From contig CDRNVI010000039.1 in NCBI GenBank assembly GCA_977017575.1, forward strand, positions 496,001-560,000: a DNA stretch of 64,000 bases. Reading direction: 5' to 3'. The position numbers and the translations under genes are program-made. This stretch comes from Paramoeba atlantica (Eukaryota > Protista > Discosea). The stretch's first letter is position 1, and the number at the start of each line of letters is the position of its first letter. The notes under the pieces are model-generated. The model saw nothing but the letters and a program-made list of their open reading frames with translations, did no database searches and was not told the DNA's origin. Below, one piece after another: positions 1 through 10,860 of this stretch.

Positions 1-456
1 CAACTTTTTACAGAGATTAAAATTTTGGACACTGTGGTCTCGGGTATAGGTATCACTTGGAATATTTTTCCTTGTTAGATTCAGACGTACATAAACGAAA
101 CCCTCGGCTCCTACTTCAACCTCATGGACTCGCTGACATTGAGACCCCATTTGCCACCCTGTCTCGCGGAGCACTCCTTCTAGGTATTGACATCCCTTAA
201 AAATTTTCCTCCCCGAGAGCAAATCGATGTTGTAGCTGTGCCAAGGACACTGTATTGCATGAGCACCAAGCTCTTCAATATCAAGAATTGGACCTCTGCC
301 CAGAGGTCCACCTCCGTGGTAGCATATGGAATCTATGCAATAGATTTGCCCCCTGTGATGAAGAAGCGTAAGCATCCTGCCTTCTAGTTCAATATGCTCC
401 CGACTATGAGTCAATAAACTTGCGTCACGACAAACCAAATGCCATTCACTAGACAT
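1..456 (-). CDS. Rieske [2Fe-2S] domain protein (RFESD-like), 3' end runs off the window
   Basis: Manual translation from ATG at 456: MSSEWHLVCRD...IDSICYHGGGPLGRGPILDIEELGAHAIQCPWHSYNIDLLSG, with both Rieske ligand motifs (CxH, CxxH). The frame is open to base 1. A pyrimidine tract and AG lie directly upstream (CCCCTCCCTCTAAAGTTGGTACAG-ATG on the minus strand). Absent from the ORF track. Confidence 0.85.
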   Translation of the reverse strand, partial: MSSEWHLVCRDASLLTHSREHIELEGRMLTLLHHRGQIYCIDSICYHGGGPLGRGPILDIEELGAHAIQCPWHSYNIDLLSGRKIFKGCQYLEGVLRETGWQMGSQCQRVHEVEVGAEGFVYVRLNLTRKNIPSDTYTRDHSVQNFNLCKKL

Positions 457-941
457 CTGTACCAACTTTAGAGGGAGGGGGAATTCATAGACAATGAATG
501 AGAAAATCTCCGTAGGACGAAAATCGTTTACTAAAAAATTCGTTTTTTGAAGTGAATATTATCGTAAAATTCGTTATAAAGACCTGTCTATCTGCATTCG
601 TACGCTAGCATCAATCTGCCGAAAATAGAGAAAAGGTATCCTTCAATGTTTTAAAAAATGATCAGAAAACGATTGAATGGAAAGATACGTTGAACTCATT
701 ACGTTGTAATTTATATTGCACTAGAATGCATATTTCTGTAAATGCGTTCACGATAAGAGAATCACTGATTAACGACCAAAAAATATCACGCAGGAGATAC
801 ATGTAGAGACGTGCAGAAAAAATGAACAGTATGAAGGGAAAAGAATACCACTGCAGCCGTTCCCAATAAACAAACGATATAACAATCAAACAAGTTTCCT
901 GTATCATGAGCAATCTTCATTTTCAACCTTCCTTCAGTGGA

Positions 942-1955
942 TTAAATATCCACCGCTGGATTCGGAATTCCTTCGCTTTTTCGCCTCTTTCCAACAGCGT
1001 CGGCAAGCGAAATTGTGATTTCCTCATCGGCGTGCTGCTTTTTCTCCTTCTCGTGCTTGAAACGGCGTTTCGTCATAGTATCCACCTTTTGCTTACCGAC
1101 GTGAACTTGGCCCTTAAGATCACCAAGCCGATCGCGTTGCACCCCTTTGGAGCTTTTAGCCAGACGGGGTTGACGGCATGCTCTTTTAAAAAAGGCTGCA
1201 TTCGCGAAACGAAGGCGTCGGATTTCAAACTGCAGTAACAAGCCATCATCGGAAGTCACACTCAGTGTCTTCGTTCCGCTACTCGGTAACAATGCTACGT
1301 GTCGAAGAGAAAGGATAACCTTACCCTTGGGAAAAGTAACTATTTTTAGATTCTCTGTGGGTAGCTCAGTGTCTTCCAACTCAGCTGTGCATTCTAAGTG
1401 AAGTACCAACGCGCGGTCCGCACCACACAAGTTTAAATTTTCCACCGCCGTGCCCCCGAAAAAATCCAAAAGCAGGTTTTGCAAACGGCGGAAAATGGAA
1501 AATTCAAAAGCAGCACCCAAAAACAATAATATTGGCTTGTGGCCGTGTGAGCCCCTCAGACCTTTGAGCTTTTGCTCAAAATTAGCAAGACCAAGCTCGA
1601 CCAGATCAAGAAGTTGAGAGTTGTGATGTCTCCCAAGCACAATACCGTGTGGCCTTTTCTTGCTGTGATGGGAGAAGCAGAACAAACTGCAGTCGTTTTG
1701 GAATGAAAGGAAGTTCAATGAATCTACGCGTTCGAATGGCACCAGATCGTTATTATCTCGTAGCTTGACGGCGTGTTGTGACGATTGAAGCTTTGAAATA
1801 GCGTTTAAAACTTCCTTATCGACTGCGCTACTTTTTTTCCCATGCAAATACATAGTTTGCTTTGGGTTCTCGTTCAAAAGAGGCATTTTTTTATCTACTG
1901 CTCGTTTCGTCTTTATATTTTTCGGCTTTCTCCGAACATAGGGACTAGGTTCCAT
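942..1955 (-). CDS. RPF2: Brix-domain ribosome biogenesis protein RPF2
   Basis: KPKNIKTKR..ENPKQTMYLHG, NDLVPFE, CSLFCFSHHSKKRPHGIVLGR, GHKPILLFLG and RLGDLKGQVHVGKQ match the RPF2 pattern. The track starts at a GTG; the first ATG is at 1955. Confidence 0.85.
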   Translation of the reverse strand: MEPSPYVRRKPKNIKTKRAVDKKMPLLNENPKQTMYLHGKKSSAVDKEVLNAISKLQSSQHAVKLRDNNDLVPFERVDSLNFLSFQNDCSLFCFSHHSKKRPHGIVLGRHHNSQLLDLVELGLANFEQKLKGLRGSHGHKPILLFLGAAFEFSIFRRLQNLLLDFFGGTAVENLNLCGADRALVLHLECTAELEDTELPTENLKIVTFPKGKVILSLRHVALLPSSGTKTLSVTSDDGLLLQFEIRRLRFANAAFFKRACRQPRLAKSSKGVQRDRLGDLKGQVHVGKQKVDTMTKRRFKHEKEKKQHADEEITISLADAVGKRRKSEGIPNPAVDI

Positions 1956-2121
1956 GTGGAATAAATATAAAGAAAAAAAGGTATTAACGTTCACTTTTTC
2001 TTCAAAGAATGCTTGGAGTAATTTAGGAAATTGAAATAGCACATTCTTGGTGCATGTGAACTAAGTTACTAGTAATTAAAATAAAGGTCAAAGCAAAAAC
2101 ATTTATGTCTTTTGTCAAGAT

Positions 2122-3039
2122 CTACTTTTTCAATTTACGAAATCCACCTTTCTTACTTCCGCTCAAAGCCACATATCGTCTTACTTGAATCGAAGATTCT
2201 TTCGAAAGATCTTTGACTGTTTTTGAATCAAATGTTTCAGAAATCCTTTCGGCAGAGGACGTAGGAGTGTATGTGTTTATTTCAGAGGGCAAAACACCTG
2301 AAGCGTTTAATTTCGGATCATCAGCACAAACAGTTACGCTTGCACTGTTTATCTCGACAGTAGGACCTATTGTTGAATCTGCAAAAGTTCGGTTTCTCCT
2401 CCTCAATTCATATGCTAATCCTTTCGATGTCACAGGCGGGGGCTCTCGCGCAGCTAGAAATGCTTTAGCTTCCTGTTCGGATAACTCTTCATGTGAAAAT
2501 AAACAATAGTCTCTCATTTTACAATCTGCTCCGTAAGGACACAGAAAGGCCGCATAAGGTTCTATTAAAAGAAACTCAGCAGCCGATTTCTCGTTCTCAC
2601 CTGAAGCTGCACAAACGGGTATCTGGTGGCAAGATGTATAGTAGTTTGGCTCATCACTCCATAGTTGAAACTGATTTACGCGATCCTCTCTACCATCACT
2701 ACTTTCCGTAACGGCCTCTAATGACGCTACTTCTTTGACAAGCTTTGCTTTTTCAACCTGGTTGTCCATGATGACTTCTTTTTTTCCAATCACTGAGGGC
2801 TGTAGCGCATACCTGGTGCGGTACCAACAAGAATACGCTAAAAAGGTCTCTTCATTAAATCCGTAATTAAAATATTCGTCCCGTTCCGAAGGGCTGCATT
2901 TACGCCATGGTGCACTATCTGCTGGGATCCGTCTCAAATTGACTTGATAGAACTCAGGATCAAAAAGCGGACCCTCTGCGTGTTCCTCTGACAGAGGTGT
3001 CATTCCAGCATTTAAGCATGCTTGCCGCGATTCAGCCAT
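2122..3039 (-). CDS. FIP1: Pre-mRNA polyadenylation factor FIP1 with CCCH zinc finger
   Basis: Fip1 motif PWRK...DEYFNYGFNEETF plus CPYGADCKMRDYCLFSH (CCCH-type), the architecture known from trypanosomatid FIP1. Confidence 0.75.
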   Translation of the reverse strand: MAESRQACLNAGMTPLSEEHAEGPLFDPEFYQVNLRRIPADSAPWRKCSPSERDEYFNYGFNEETFLAYSCWYRTRYALQPSVIGKKEVIMDNQVEKAKLVKEVASLEAVTESSDGREDRVNQFQLWSDEPNYYTSCHQIPVCAASGENEKSAAEFLLIEPYAAFLCPYGADCKMRDYCLFSHEELSEQEAKAFLAAREPPPVTSKGLAYELRRRNRTFADSTIGPTVEINSASVTVCADDPKLNASGVLPSEINTYTPTSSAERISETFDSKTVKDLSKESSIQVRRYVALSGSKKGGFRKLKK

Positions 3040-3237
3040 TACCGTTTACGAAACCAGAGTACAATAGAACCCCAAAAATAATAAAAAGTAAACAGAAATG
3101 ATGTTCGTAAATGATTTTTTATAAATTGAAATTTCTACTCTACTTACACTTACTGAAAGTACCTTTATCGTACAAGTATGCCGTTTCGCTGGTTTACCGG
3201 ATAGCAACGCTCCTCCAAATGCTATCCTTCAAAAGCT

Positions 3238-4017
3238 TCACCAACCGGCTTGCTTTCGTCGTGCAGATTCTTGGCCCGGGGGATCCGGAGGCATATGGGA
3301 TTGTACATCGGTGCCAAAAAAAGTTCGTTGTATCGCTATACAAGGCACCGCAGCGTACATTTTGGGTTTGCTGACGACTGGAATGGGCTTCGACGACTTT
3401 AAGAATGTGGCAGGGGAATTCTTGGGAAGAGAAGAATACGTGTCTTCTGTGTGCATTGTCATTTGAGTATCAAGTTGGAAATGCAAAGGACAACATACGT
3501 CAAGTAGTTCCTTTGCCCCCTTGGCATTAATAAGATAAAGATTAGTAGTACGGTATAGTTGAGGAACTCGAGCAATATGATCCGAAACCATTAGATCGGT
3601 ACATTTGTTTTCAACGTCTAAACCGCTAAGGTACATGAGTTCCCAGTTGAGCGGTATTTCTTTCACGATTCTGCAAAAGCGACTTTGAAAATGAGGAGAG
3701 AACTCTGTATCGTCTTCTGCTATCATTGCGCACGAAAGCTGCAATGCCGAAACCAATTCCCAGATTCGAATATGACTTAGGGCACAACCCAACCCACCCT
3801 CTGTGAGATCCATTCCCCAAATTTTTTCTTCATCTCTCAATGCAATACGAGAGGCTCCAAATGGAGATAGAATACCTCGACGGACACATTGTGAAATGTC
3901 TTGAGCAGCGCCGTCAATAGCTTCTATTCGAGTAAATGATGAAATCTTAGCGCGCTCTAACTCACTTGTGATGTGTTGCCAACGATCTTGTCGCTTGCGC
4001 AAATTTATAACAAACAC
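3238..4017 (-). CDS. Glycosyltransferase family 25; no in-frame ATG before the domain
   Basis: VFVINLRKRQDRW, RIEAIDG, GGLGCALSHIRIW, MIAEDD (DxD-like) and WELMYL are typical GT25 motifs. Confidence 0.7.
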   Translation of the reverse strand: MFVINLRKRQDRWQHITSELERAKISSFTRIEAIDGAAQDISQCVRRGILSPFGASRIALRDEEKIWGMDLTEGGLGCALSHIRIWELVSALQLSCAMIAEDDTEFSPHFQSRFCRIVKEIPLNWELMYLSGLDVENKCTDLMVSDHIARVPQLYRTTNLYLINAKGAKELLDVCCPLHFQLDTQMTMHTEDTYSSLPKNSPATFLKSSKPIPVVSKPKMYAAVPCIAIQRTFFGTDVQSHMPPDPPGQESARRKQAGW

Positions 4018-4626
4018 ATGGCTTGGGGTTAGAGGACAATCGTTCCTGCAACACTGTATGAAATTTCTCCTCAGCTTGTATATCTTCTAAGATTGAGTTA
4101 ATGTGCGTGTTGAGTTAATGTGAATTAGTGAAGTTTGAACTAGCGAGAATGCAGTATACTATTCGCGCAATCCAGTGTCTTTTCACATGTTGCAGTAAAA
4201 GTTCGAATAAAATGTAAAAAAGTGCAATTTGTGGAATTTGGGCTTAAAATTAGGGTAAAAAGATTGAAAGTGCAGAAAAATCTAAATTAAGAAGGGAATG
4301 ACTTACTTTAACCAATCCGTCTTGCAAGAAACTTCAGTACAATACGATCAGAAGTAGTGACTACAGACTACAGAATGCACCCATACGAAACGTTTACTCG
4401 TTTTTCCTCTTTTTTGTCTATTTTAGCATTCAACTCATATCAACGAACCTTGAATCACATTACGATCTTTACTCTCTTTTTCAGAGTCATCTTCTATTTC
4501 TTTATTGCCATCTTCGTCCCTTTCTACTTTCTCCAGTTCCGTTTCACCTCTTACAGACTTTAGCTCCAACAAACGAGCACGAAAGCGTTCTTGTCCAGAA
4601 TTGGAGGAACTCGTAAGCGGGGGGGT

Positions 4627-7600
4627 CATAGCTGTCATTCGACGTCGAAAATTGCAATTCGACGTCTACGAATGCCTTTCGACGTCGAAAAAATGGGTCT
4701 TTCGACGTCGAACGAAGGAAAAAAATGTGGGATACTTGTGTTCATGTACAGCACTTGAAAAATTGTTTCGATCGACGGATTCTTTTCACTACAGCAATTT
4801 GCTATGGTATTCGGACGAATAGATGACTACTAGAGAATAAGAAAGTAGCAACGTATGGTTGTCGTCAGGTTGTTCGTCAGACCGCTAGGGAGTTCTAACC
4901 GTGTTAAATGCGTCACCTTTTATTTGAAACATGTTCAGAAACGTAATTAATGAAGTTTAATAAAATAAAGATACGGAAAATTATGACTGTACTAGTCATT
5001 ATCATAGTATAAGCTTATGGCGTTTACTGTTGCTGTATAGGTAAGCACAAAATATCTCACGTTGCAATAATACAAGAAAAATTTAAGTGTGGGGAAAAAA
5101 TTTAGCCTTAATGGTCCTGAAGTATGAGACAAAACATGGAAAAATAATTAAACATCCATACATTATAAATAATTATACAGTAATACAATATAACAATATT
5201 ATAATGGGTTATGAATTTATGACGTATCAGAAAAAAAGCAGACTCGCATCAGGAGCCTATTAAGTAATTCGGAAGCTTGAAAGAAGTTACCCCGAATCCC
5301 CATTTCCCGCTGATCCTAACTGTTCCAAATTGTCAAGGTACCCAAGTTTGTCGCAGTTCCCCCGTAACAGCATAGAGTTTTGTACTGTTTGAGTGCCCAT
5401 GGATGATTGACGGGAGTTGTATTTGGTGTTCATAACCGACATCCAAGAATCACATTTCGTCACTAAAGGGGGTACCCATAAATAATGTATCGCCGCTTGA
5501 TGCATACCTGGGTATTTGTAGACTCCAACTGTTTGCCACCAATGCAATTCGCACTTGTGCACTCGCGAATCCCATTCGTAGTCGACGCAATTCACATATT
5601 CATTCCATTTATTTTCCGTAATTTGAAAAATGGGAGAACCACCTCGAAAAAGGTCGTTAGCACGACTGAAATGAATTGGTTCGAGACCGGCTTTCCGGGC
5701 GCGTAGTGCAATGAAATCCGGTGCAAACCACATGACGTCTTCCCAATATTTCATATTGTGATGAACTGAAAGTCGATTTATGTGATGCTTGAGGGCACAT
5801 TCAAAAGCTTCACTGCAGCTTCCCACCCGACTAGCCTTCCGTAATCTTTCTAAAGTTGGCCAAACTCCCGTTACTAAAGGGGTACCGTCTAAATCCGAAA
5901 ATTTTTGTAACGCTTTCTGGATAGGAGCTAGTTCTTCAAGAAAATATTTTGCTGAAGTCGCCAAGTTATCTACCCCTTCCCGAGCAATAAGATCCGCACA
6001 CTTACGTACAGACTGACAAACTCGGGGGTTTTCCAGTTCTTGCTTCAGGAACGCCACAACAGTAGGTAACTGAGTAGAAAAGAAGGAAATGCTGCCGAAC
6101 TTATCATGGCACCAGCGAGTAACTCCCCCTAACTTAGGAGCCGTAATGCCGTGTACATCCTTTGCTCTACGAACAGCTTCAATTACTTGAGGTCCATACA
6201 ATGAAAGTTCGTCACGACACCGAGGAATATTTTCATGCTGAGCGTTCAGTTCCGCCAAAATTAGATCAGCTTCATCGGGAGCATACTGTTTCAAAATTTG
6301 TATGCTGCTACGAAGCTGACACACCAGCTCTGTCTGATATTCATCGTCCATTTTATTGCTAGACAGCCCCCCATACCATTGAGTGAAAAATTGTTCCGCT
6401 TTGTTAGTTTCTTCGTCGATCCAAGAACGTCTAGGGCCACACCGCGATACCGCCCCTTCTTCGTACAGATCTTGTCATGTCCATAAAATGTTTGTCTGAA
6501 GAGCTTTTTAAGTTCAAAAAGGGGGGTTTCCTGAAAGGGTTTCATCGCATCCATCGCGAGGTTATTGAGAAAATGACCAAAGCAAGATAGTAAGGAGACG
6601 TGTGGCATCATATCCACGGCCCGGTTTCCGAAGTTTATCCAGTCTGACTCCCCAATTCTTTGAACGCGATCATATATTCTTTTTAATTCTCCTTCTGCCT
6701 CATCACGGGCCACGTGGTTAACGGCACAGCCATCCACCATTAAAAACCTCATTTTTCGTACCAGCGTAATGCCGAGAATAGAATTCAATGTATTAACCAA
6801 ACTCTCAGCTGTTTCTTTGCCGTTGAATGCCTTCCGCTTCGGATGATACATGGATGGTAATAGATATTGCTCATCTGAAACATACACTACCCCTACTAAT
6901 ACGTGCTCGTTGAGCACGGAATCAACCCCAGCATCCACAGCTACCCCGAAGAAAGGATGAATATCGATTTTTGAAATCATTTTTTCCCATATTTCGGTGG
7001 CCAAGTCCTTCTCCCAATCACGCATGATCCTGTGATTGTTGCCAAGTGCATTGAGAATTTCTTCAGTATTTGCTCCCTTGGGGCGTAATTCTTCATAGTT
7101 ACGAAGTAAAGCGTGAGCAGCTTTGCATGACAAGTTCGTCTTTGCCACAAGACAGGGAACGCAGCGACGGACAAAAACATTTACACTCATTGAATTGTCG
7201 TTCGGGGTCAGTGAAAAAAGTTCCGGTTCGTTTGCGATTCTCTGTCCCTCGCGCACTAAACAAGTGTGATTGATATGGTGATAGTAATGGTTGTTATGGA
7301 GCGAATGACTCCACCACGGACAGTCGCGACATTTTATGTGAGTCCGCTGGCCCATGGTATTCACGTGATGGGGCCGAGGATATTTCTCGGCGTATTCGCG
7401 ACACTCTTTGTTTTTCTTCTCCAAATTTTTCGTTCTACCAGTCGGGGTATCCATTCCCAAGCAGCGTTCACGAAAGAATTTTGTCGAAATACGGGGAAAC
7501 CGCATTGGGTCCTGTACAAGCTGTTTTCGAACTACTTGCCTTACAGAGCTTGCCTGTTGTGATGGAGAGGACGGCATTTCCTCTTCAAGCCTCGCGGTAC

Positions 7601-8087
7601 ACTCTCGTCGTACTGAGACAGGAACATAACTCCCTGAAAGAACGTTATCGGAAATTTCAAATCTGCTGTGGGTGGGACCATCTGCTGCTTCCGTGGAAGC
7701 ATCTCGCTGCATGGCAGTTCTATTCTTCTTCGCCGAATTGGTTCTCTTGGCACGAACCGAAGTAACTGAAGGAGTAGTAGATGAAACAGATTCGGAAGAA
7801 TTTGCTTCAGCTAAAGTTGGCACGATTGCATCTGATGAAAGAGCTGGGGGAGAAGGTATGCGGATAGGAATCATGCGCCCCCTTCCTCGAACAGAGGTGT
7901 GCATTGTGAAAAAACAAGTAAATTAACACTAAAAAGTAGAAGACTGGTTGCAAATACATTTTTTAAACATTTTATAAACATATATTCTGTTGAAAAAAAA
8001 TTCTTTCAGAAACCATCCAAGCACTCAAAATGTTTCGACCTTTCGACCGTCGAACGACGTCGAATTCGACGTCGAACGACAGCTATG
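4627..8087 (-). mobile_element. hAT-like DNA transposon, 3,461 bp, 23-bp TIRs, 6-bp TSD
   Basis: The left TIR CATAGCTGTCATTCGACGTCGAA (4627-4649) matches the reverse complement of 8065-8087 at 22/23. GGGGGT flanks both sides (4621-4626, 8088-8093). Subterminal TTCGACGTCGAA-type copies occur at both ends. The element encodes a transposase. Confidence 0.85.
5287..7904 (-). pseudogene. hAT-type transposase split over two overlapping frames (6291-7904 and 5287-6351)
   Basis: ORF1: BED-like finger (CRDC..H..H), FGVAVDAGVD (first D), FLMVDGCAVN (second D), CFGHFLN (CxxH). ORF2: VTRW and a C-terminal dimerisation-like region, WWQ..YPGMHQAAIHYLWVPPLVTKCDSWMS. One -1 shift joins them. Confidence 0.75.
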
Positions 8088-8210
8088 GGGGGTATAGTAT
8101 ACGAAAAAAAGTAATAATTTCGGTACGACATAGAAGTAAGTTCAAAACAAGTACGAGTACGACACAGGCGCATTAGTTGCACTGAGCAATCTTTATGCAA
8201 GAAAAATATA

Positions 8211-9095
8211 CTCCCCCTCTCATTAATTTTTATAAATTATAAATTATAACAAAAAGTGAGTTATAATTATAATTATAAAAATTAATGATCCTGTATAAAT
8301 GACCGCTATTCCAAAAAAAGGTCGACGTTAGTACGATCTGTAAGATGGTAGTGCCAGGGAAGACCGCGAGTAGGTCCCGACCATGCTTCCCCATGATGAA
8401 TTTTTTCAGTGAATCGCGTTTTACAAAAATCAGTATCTTCATCTCAGAAAGAAAATCCCCCCAAAAAGATTGTCTTTTCCCCTACATGAGCATTTTTTCA
8501 CGAATCAATCTAATATCTGAAGCTGAGAGGGTTTAAACTAGAGATTTACGATCCCGACCGATCCCACCTGTCCTGGTTGAATTTACGTGGAAGAAAAGAC
8601 TTGGTGAAAACGCGAGTTCTAGAAGAACTCCTGGGATCCGGCAGTGCAATATGCATTACGACATAGGATTGCGACCGAGCAACGAAGACGCTCCTTCGGA
8701 CAAATTAGGCCCGCAGTCGGCTGGGCGACTTATCCGCTTTTTCCTATTTTTTCGACTTTTTGGCAGGCTAAGTCAGGGGAGGGGGGGTGACGGTACATAT
8801 AAAAACGCATAAAAGAAATATTTCTTTAAGAAAGTAAGTGATATTACATGCCTTCTATGCCTCCAGCATAGAAATCAACCATTTGCGCTTTTCTGTAAGA
8901 AATTTCTTCGAAGCGCGTCCATCCACGTTCACAAAATAATCCATCTTAAGTAGAATAACAGAAAAAATTCTTTGGTTTAGAAAAAAATTAAGAAATAGCG
9001 TTCGATAAATTTCTGATTTATAAAAATTAATGATCCCGCATAAATTAAATTTTTATAACTCGAAATCCATTTATAAAAATTAATGAGAGAGGGAG
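8211..9095. mobile_element. Non-autonomous Tc1/mariner-type (Stowaway-like) element, 885 bp, TA TSD
   Basis: TA-CTCCCCCTCTCATTAATTTTTATAAAT at the left and ATTTATAAAAATTAATGAGAGAGGGAG-TA at the right (27-bp TIR, 1 mismatch). Internal copies of TTATAAAAATTAATGA lie near 8273 and 9019. Confidence 0.8.
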
Positions 9096-9122
9096 TACCT
9101 CTTTCTTAATAGATAGATTAGA

Positions 9123-10340
9123 TTACAGACAGTAATCCAATAGATCTGTTGCGCTTCTATTATTTAGCCAAATGTTTAGTCCAATTTTTTCTATGTTTTT
9201 CGTGACTGGTGCAAGACCTTCGTGGATAGTCAGCGGTTCAAGCTGTCCGTCCACACGAACATTCGTCCAAAGCAGTGCAGTGCCTGTCGTTGGCCTAATC
9301 CGCAATCCCAGTCGAGGAAAAAATGTTTCTCCTCCGTCTTCTTTCTGTAAAGTGTTCAAATATACAAATATGGTAAACGTCCGACCTGGAGATGTCGAAG
9401 CGGAATCGTAAAAAAGGCGCCCATCGTCTAAGGTCGAATCATCATGATGACATTTATAATATTCACCTTTACGGTAGTGTACAATTTGTAGAGGCTCAAC
9501 GGCTTCCGTAGGTAGAGAAAATAGTCCAGACGCACGTTCCTCAATATTCCGAATAATTCCATTGAAAGCTTTAGGGATATGGAGAGAAGAAGATGTACGA
9601 TCGGAGGAGATGATTCCTTTTTCACCCACAGCAGACCTCTTCGTACATCCTTGGGGTAAAGTTTTTTTTTGCATTGAAAGAAGAATTTCAATCTCTTTCT
9701 GAGAAAGAAAGTTGTCAATTTTATAAAGATTGCATGCGTGGTTGGAAGCATAGTTATAACTGGTATGCACCGGGTGCAAAGTTCTACGACTTGAAATCGG
9801 CACGGTTATTGCCGGATAGTTGACGAATAATGCGTTGTACATGACATGTGATATCTGTGCTTTCAAATTGATATTTTTCCTGACACGATGAAACCTTACG
9901 TGCGAAACCCCCTGTGCGGACTCATGATGTGCGAAAGGGTGTGACCTGTTGACCAGGGATTTGGCCAATAGTTTGGGAAGAACTGCCGCGCGACACGCAT
10001 CTTGACACCAAGACACAATATGAGAATCATCATAATCTCCGAATCCGCAAGAAATAAGGGCCGGATTGCGAAAAACATCAAAAGTGTGATGTGTTGAATC
10101 AAAACGAGAAACTTTGGTAGTCGCACCCTGAGTATTCAGTTCAGTCATACCATTTTTCAGTTCGTCACTCATTAAGGAAGGAATTTCTGAGAATGTGTCA
10201 TGAATTGCGGGCCTCACTGAAGTATCAGTGTTATCTTCATAAAATTGCTGCCCAATGATACAAACGTCTCCTTGTTTGCTCCGCTTCGCTCCCGGCCTTC
10301 GCGGTGGCACCAGCCAGTATATGAACTCTGTGTGAAACAT
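9123..10340 (-). CDS. 2OG-Fe(II) prolyl 4-hydroxylase-like protein with uncharacterised N-terminal half
   Basis: RTSSS, EPLQIVHYRKGEYYKCHHD (HxD), RTFTIFVYLN, GGETFFP, TIHEG and EKIGLNIW. Confidence 0.85.
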   Translation of the reverse strand: MFHTEFIYWLVPPRRPGAKRSKQGDVCIIGQQFYEDNTDTSVRPAIHDTFSEIPSLMSDELKNGMTELNTQGATTKVSRFDSTHHTFDVFRNPALISCGFGDYDDSHIVSWCQDACRAAVLPKLLAKSLVNRSHPFAHHESAQGVSHVRFHRVRKNINLKAQISHVMYNALFVNYPAITVPISSRRTLHPVHTSYNYASNHACNLYKIDNFLSQKEIEILLSMQKKTLPQGCTKRSAVGEKGIISSDRTSSSLHIPKAFNGIIRNIEERASGLFSLPTEAVEPLQIVHYRKGEYYKCHHDDSTLDDGRLFYDSASTSPGRTFTIFVYLNTLQKEDGGETFFPRLGLRIRPTTGTALLWTNVRVDGQLEPLTIHEGLAPVTKNIEKIGLNIWLNNRSATDLLDYCL

Positions 10341-10860
10341 AAGGAATTGATGCTATGTATTCTCGGAAAAGTTTCGTGATATAATGCATCTATTGACAAA
10401 AATTCTCTAGCCTAACTTTCGCAAAGGCAAATTATAAAAATGCTTTGTAAGCCAAACCCTACATATCCCGCCTGGAAGCGTACTTGTATGAAGAAATGAG
10501 AAAATTTAGGATAAAATTGAAGATTGAATTGCCGCGCAAAATATTCATCATAGCGCTATGAAATAATACCCTCGAGGATACAGGGCCCCTGTATTAAATT
10601 CAGTTGGGTCAACTTGTTTTGCATCGAGGGCACTAGTGCCACGTGAGCCGGGAGCGCTGCGGTGACATTCGGTACAGCGTGATTTGGGTGCTACTTCAGC
10701 CGGCTTCCCAGAGTCATCGGTATCATTATCAAGCAATTGACACTGACTGTGATACCGATGGTTGCTCTTATTAGAAATAGAACTATTCTTTTCCTATGAC
10801 AGTGCGGATGAGAGTAGCGACCAGAGAGGCAGCTTGTAGTTCGCTGCAATTGAACCCACT

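Noticed and set aside
290-309. 9-bp hairpin GGACCTCTG-CC-CAGAGGTCC
   Set aside because: It lies inside the Rieske CDS (GP-LG-RGP codons) and is explained by the protein sequence.
487-592. ATAGACA...TGTCTAT with internal AAAATTCG-like repeats, a possible tiny MITE
   Set aside because: Only a 7-bp inverted match and no target-site duplication.
4435-4638. Acidic ORF abutting the hAT left end, a possible gene disrupted by the insertion
   Set aside because: The reconstructed empty site gives no ATG-initiated frame joining the two flanks.
4638-4712. Regularly spaced TTCGACGTCGAA palindromes, superficially CRISPR-like
   Set aside because: 12-bp units with spacers of about 8-11 nt at a transposon end, mirrored at the other end, with no cas genes. 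These are subterminal repeats.
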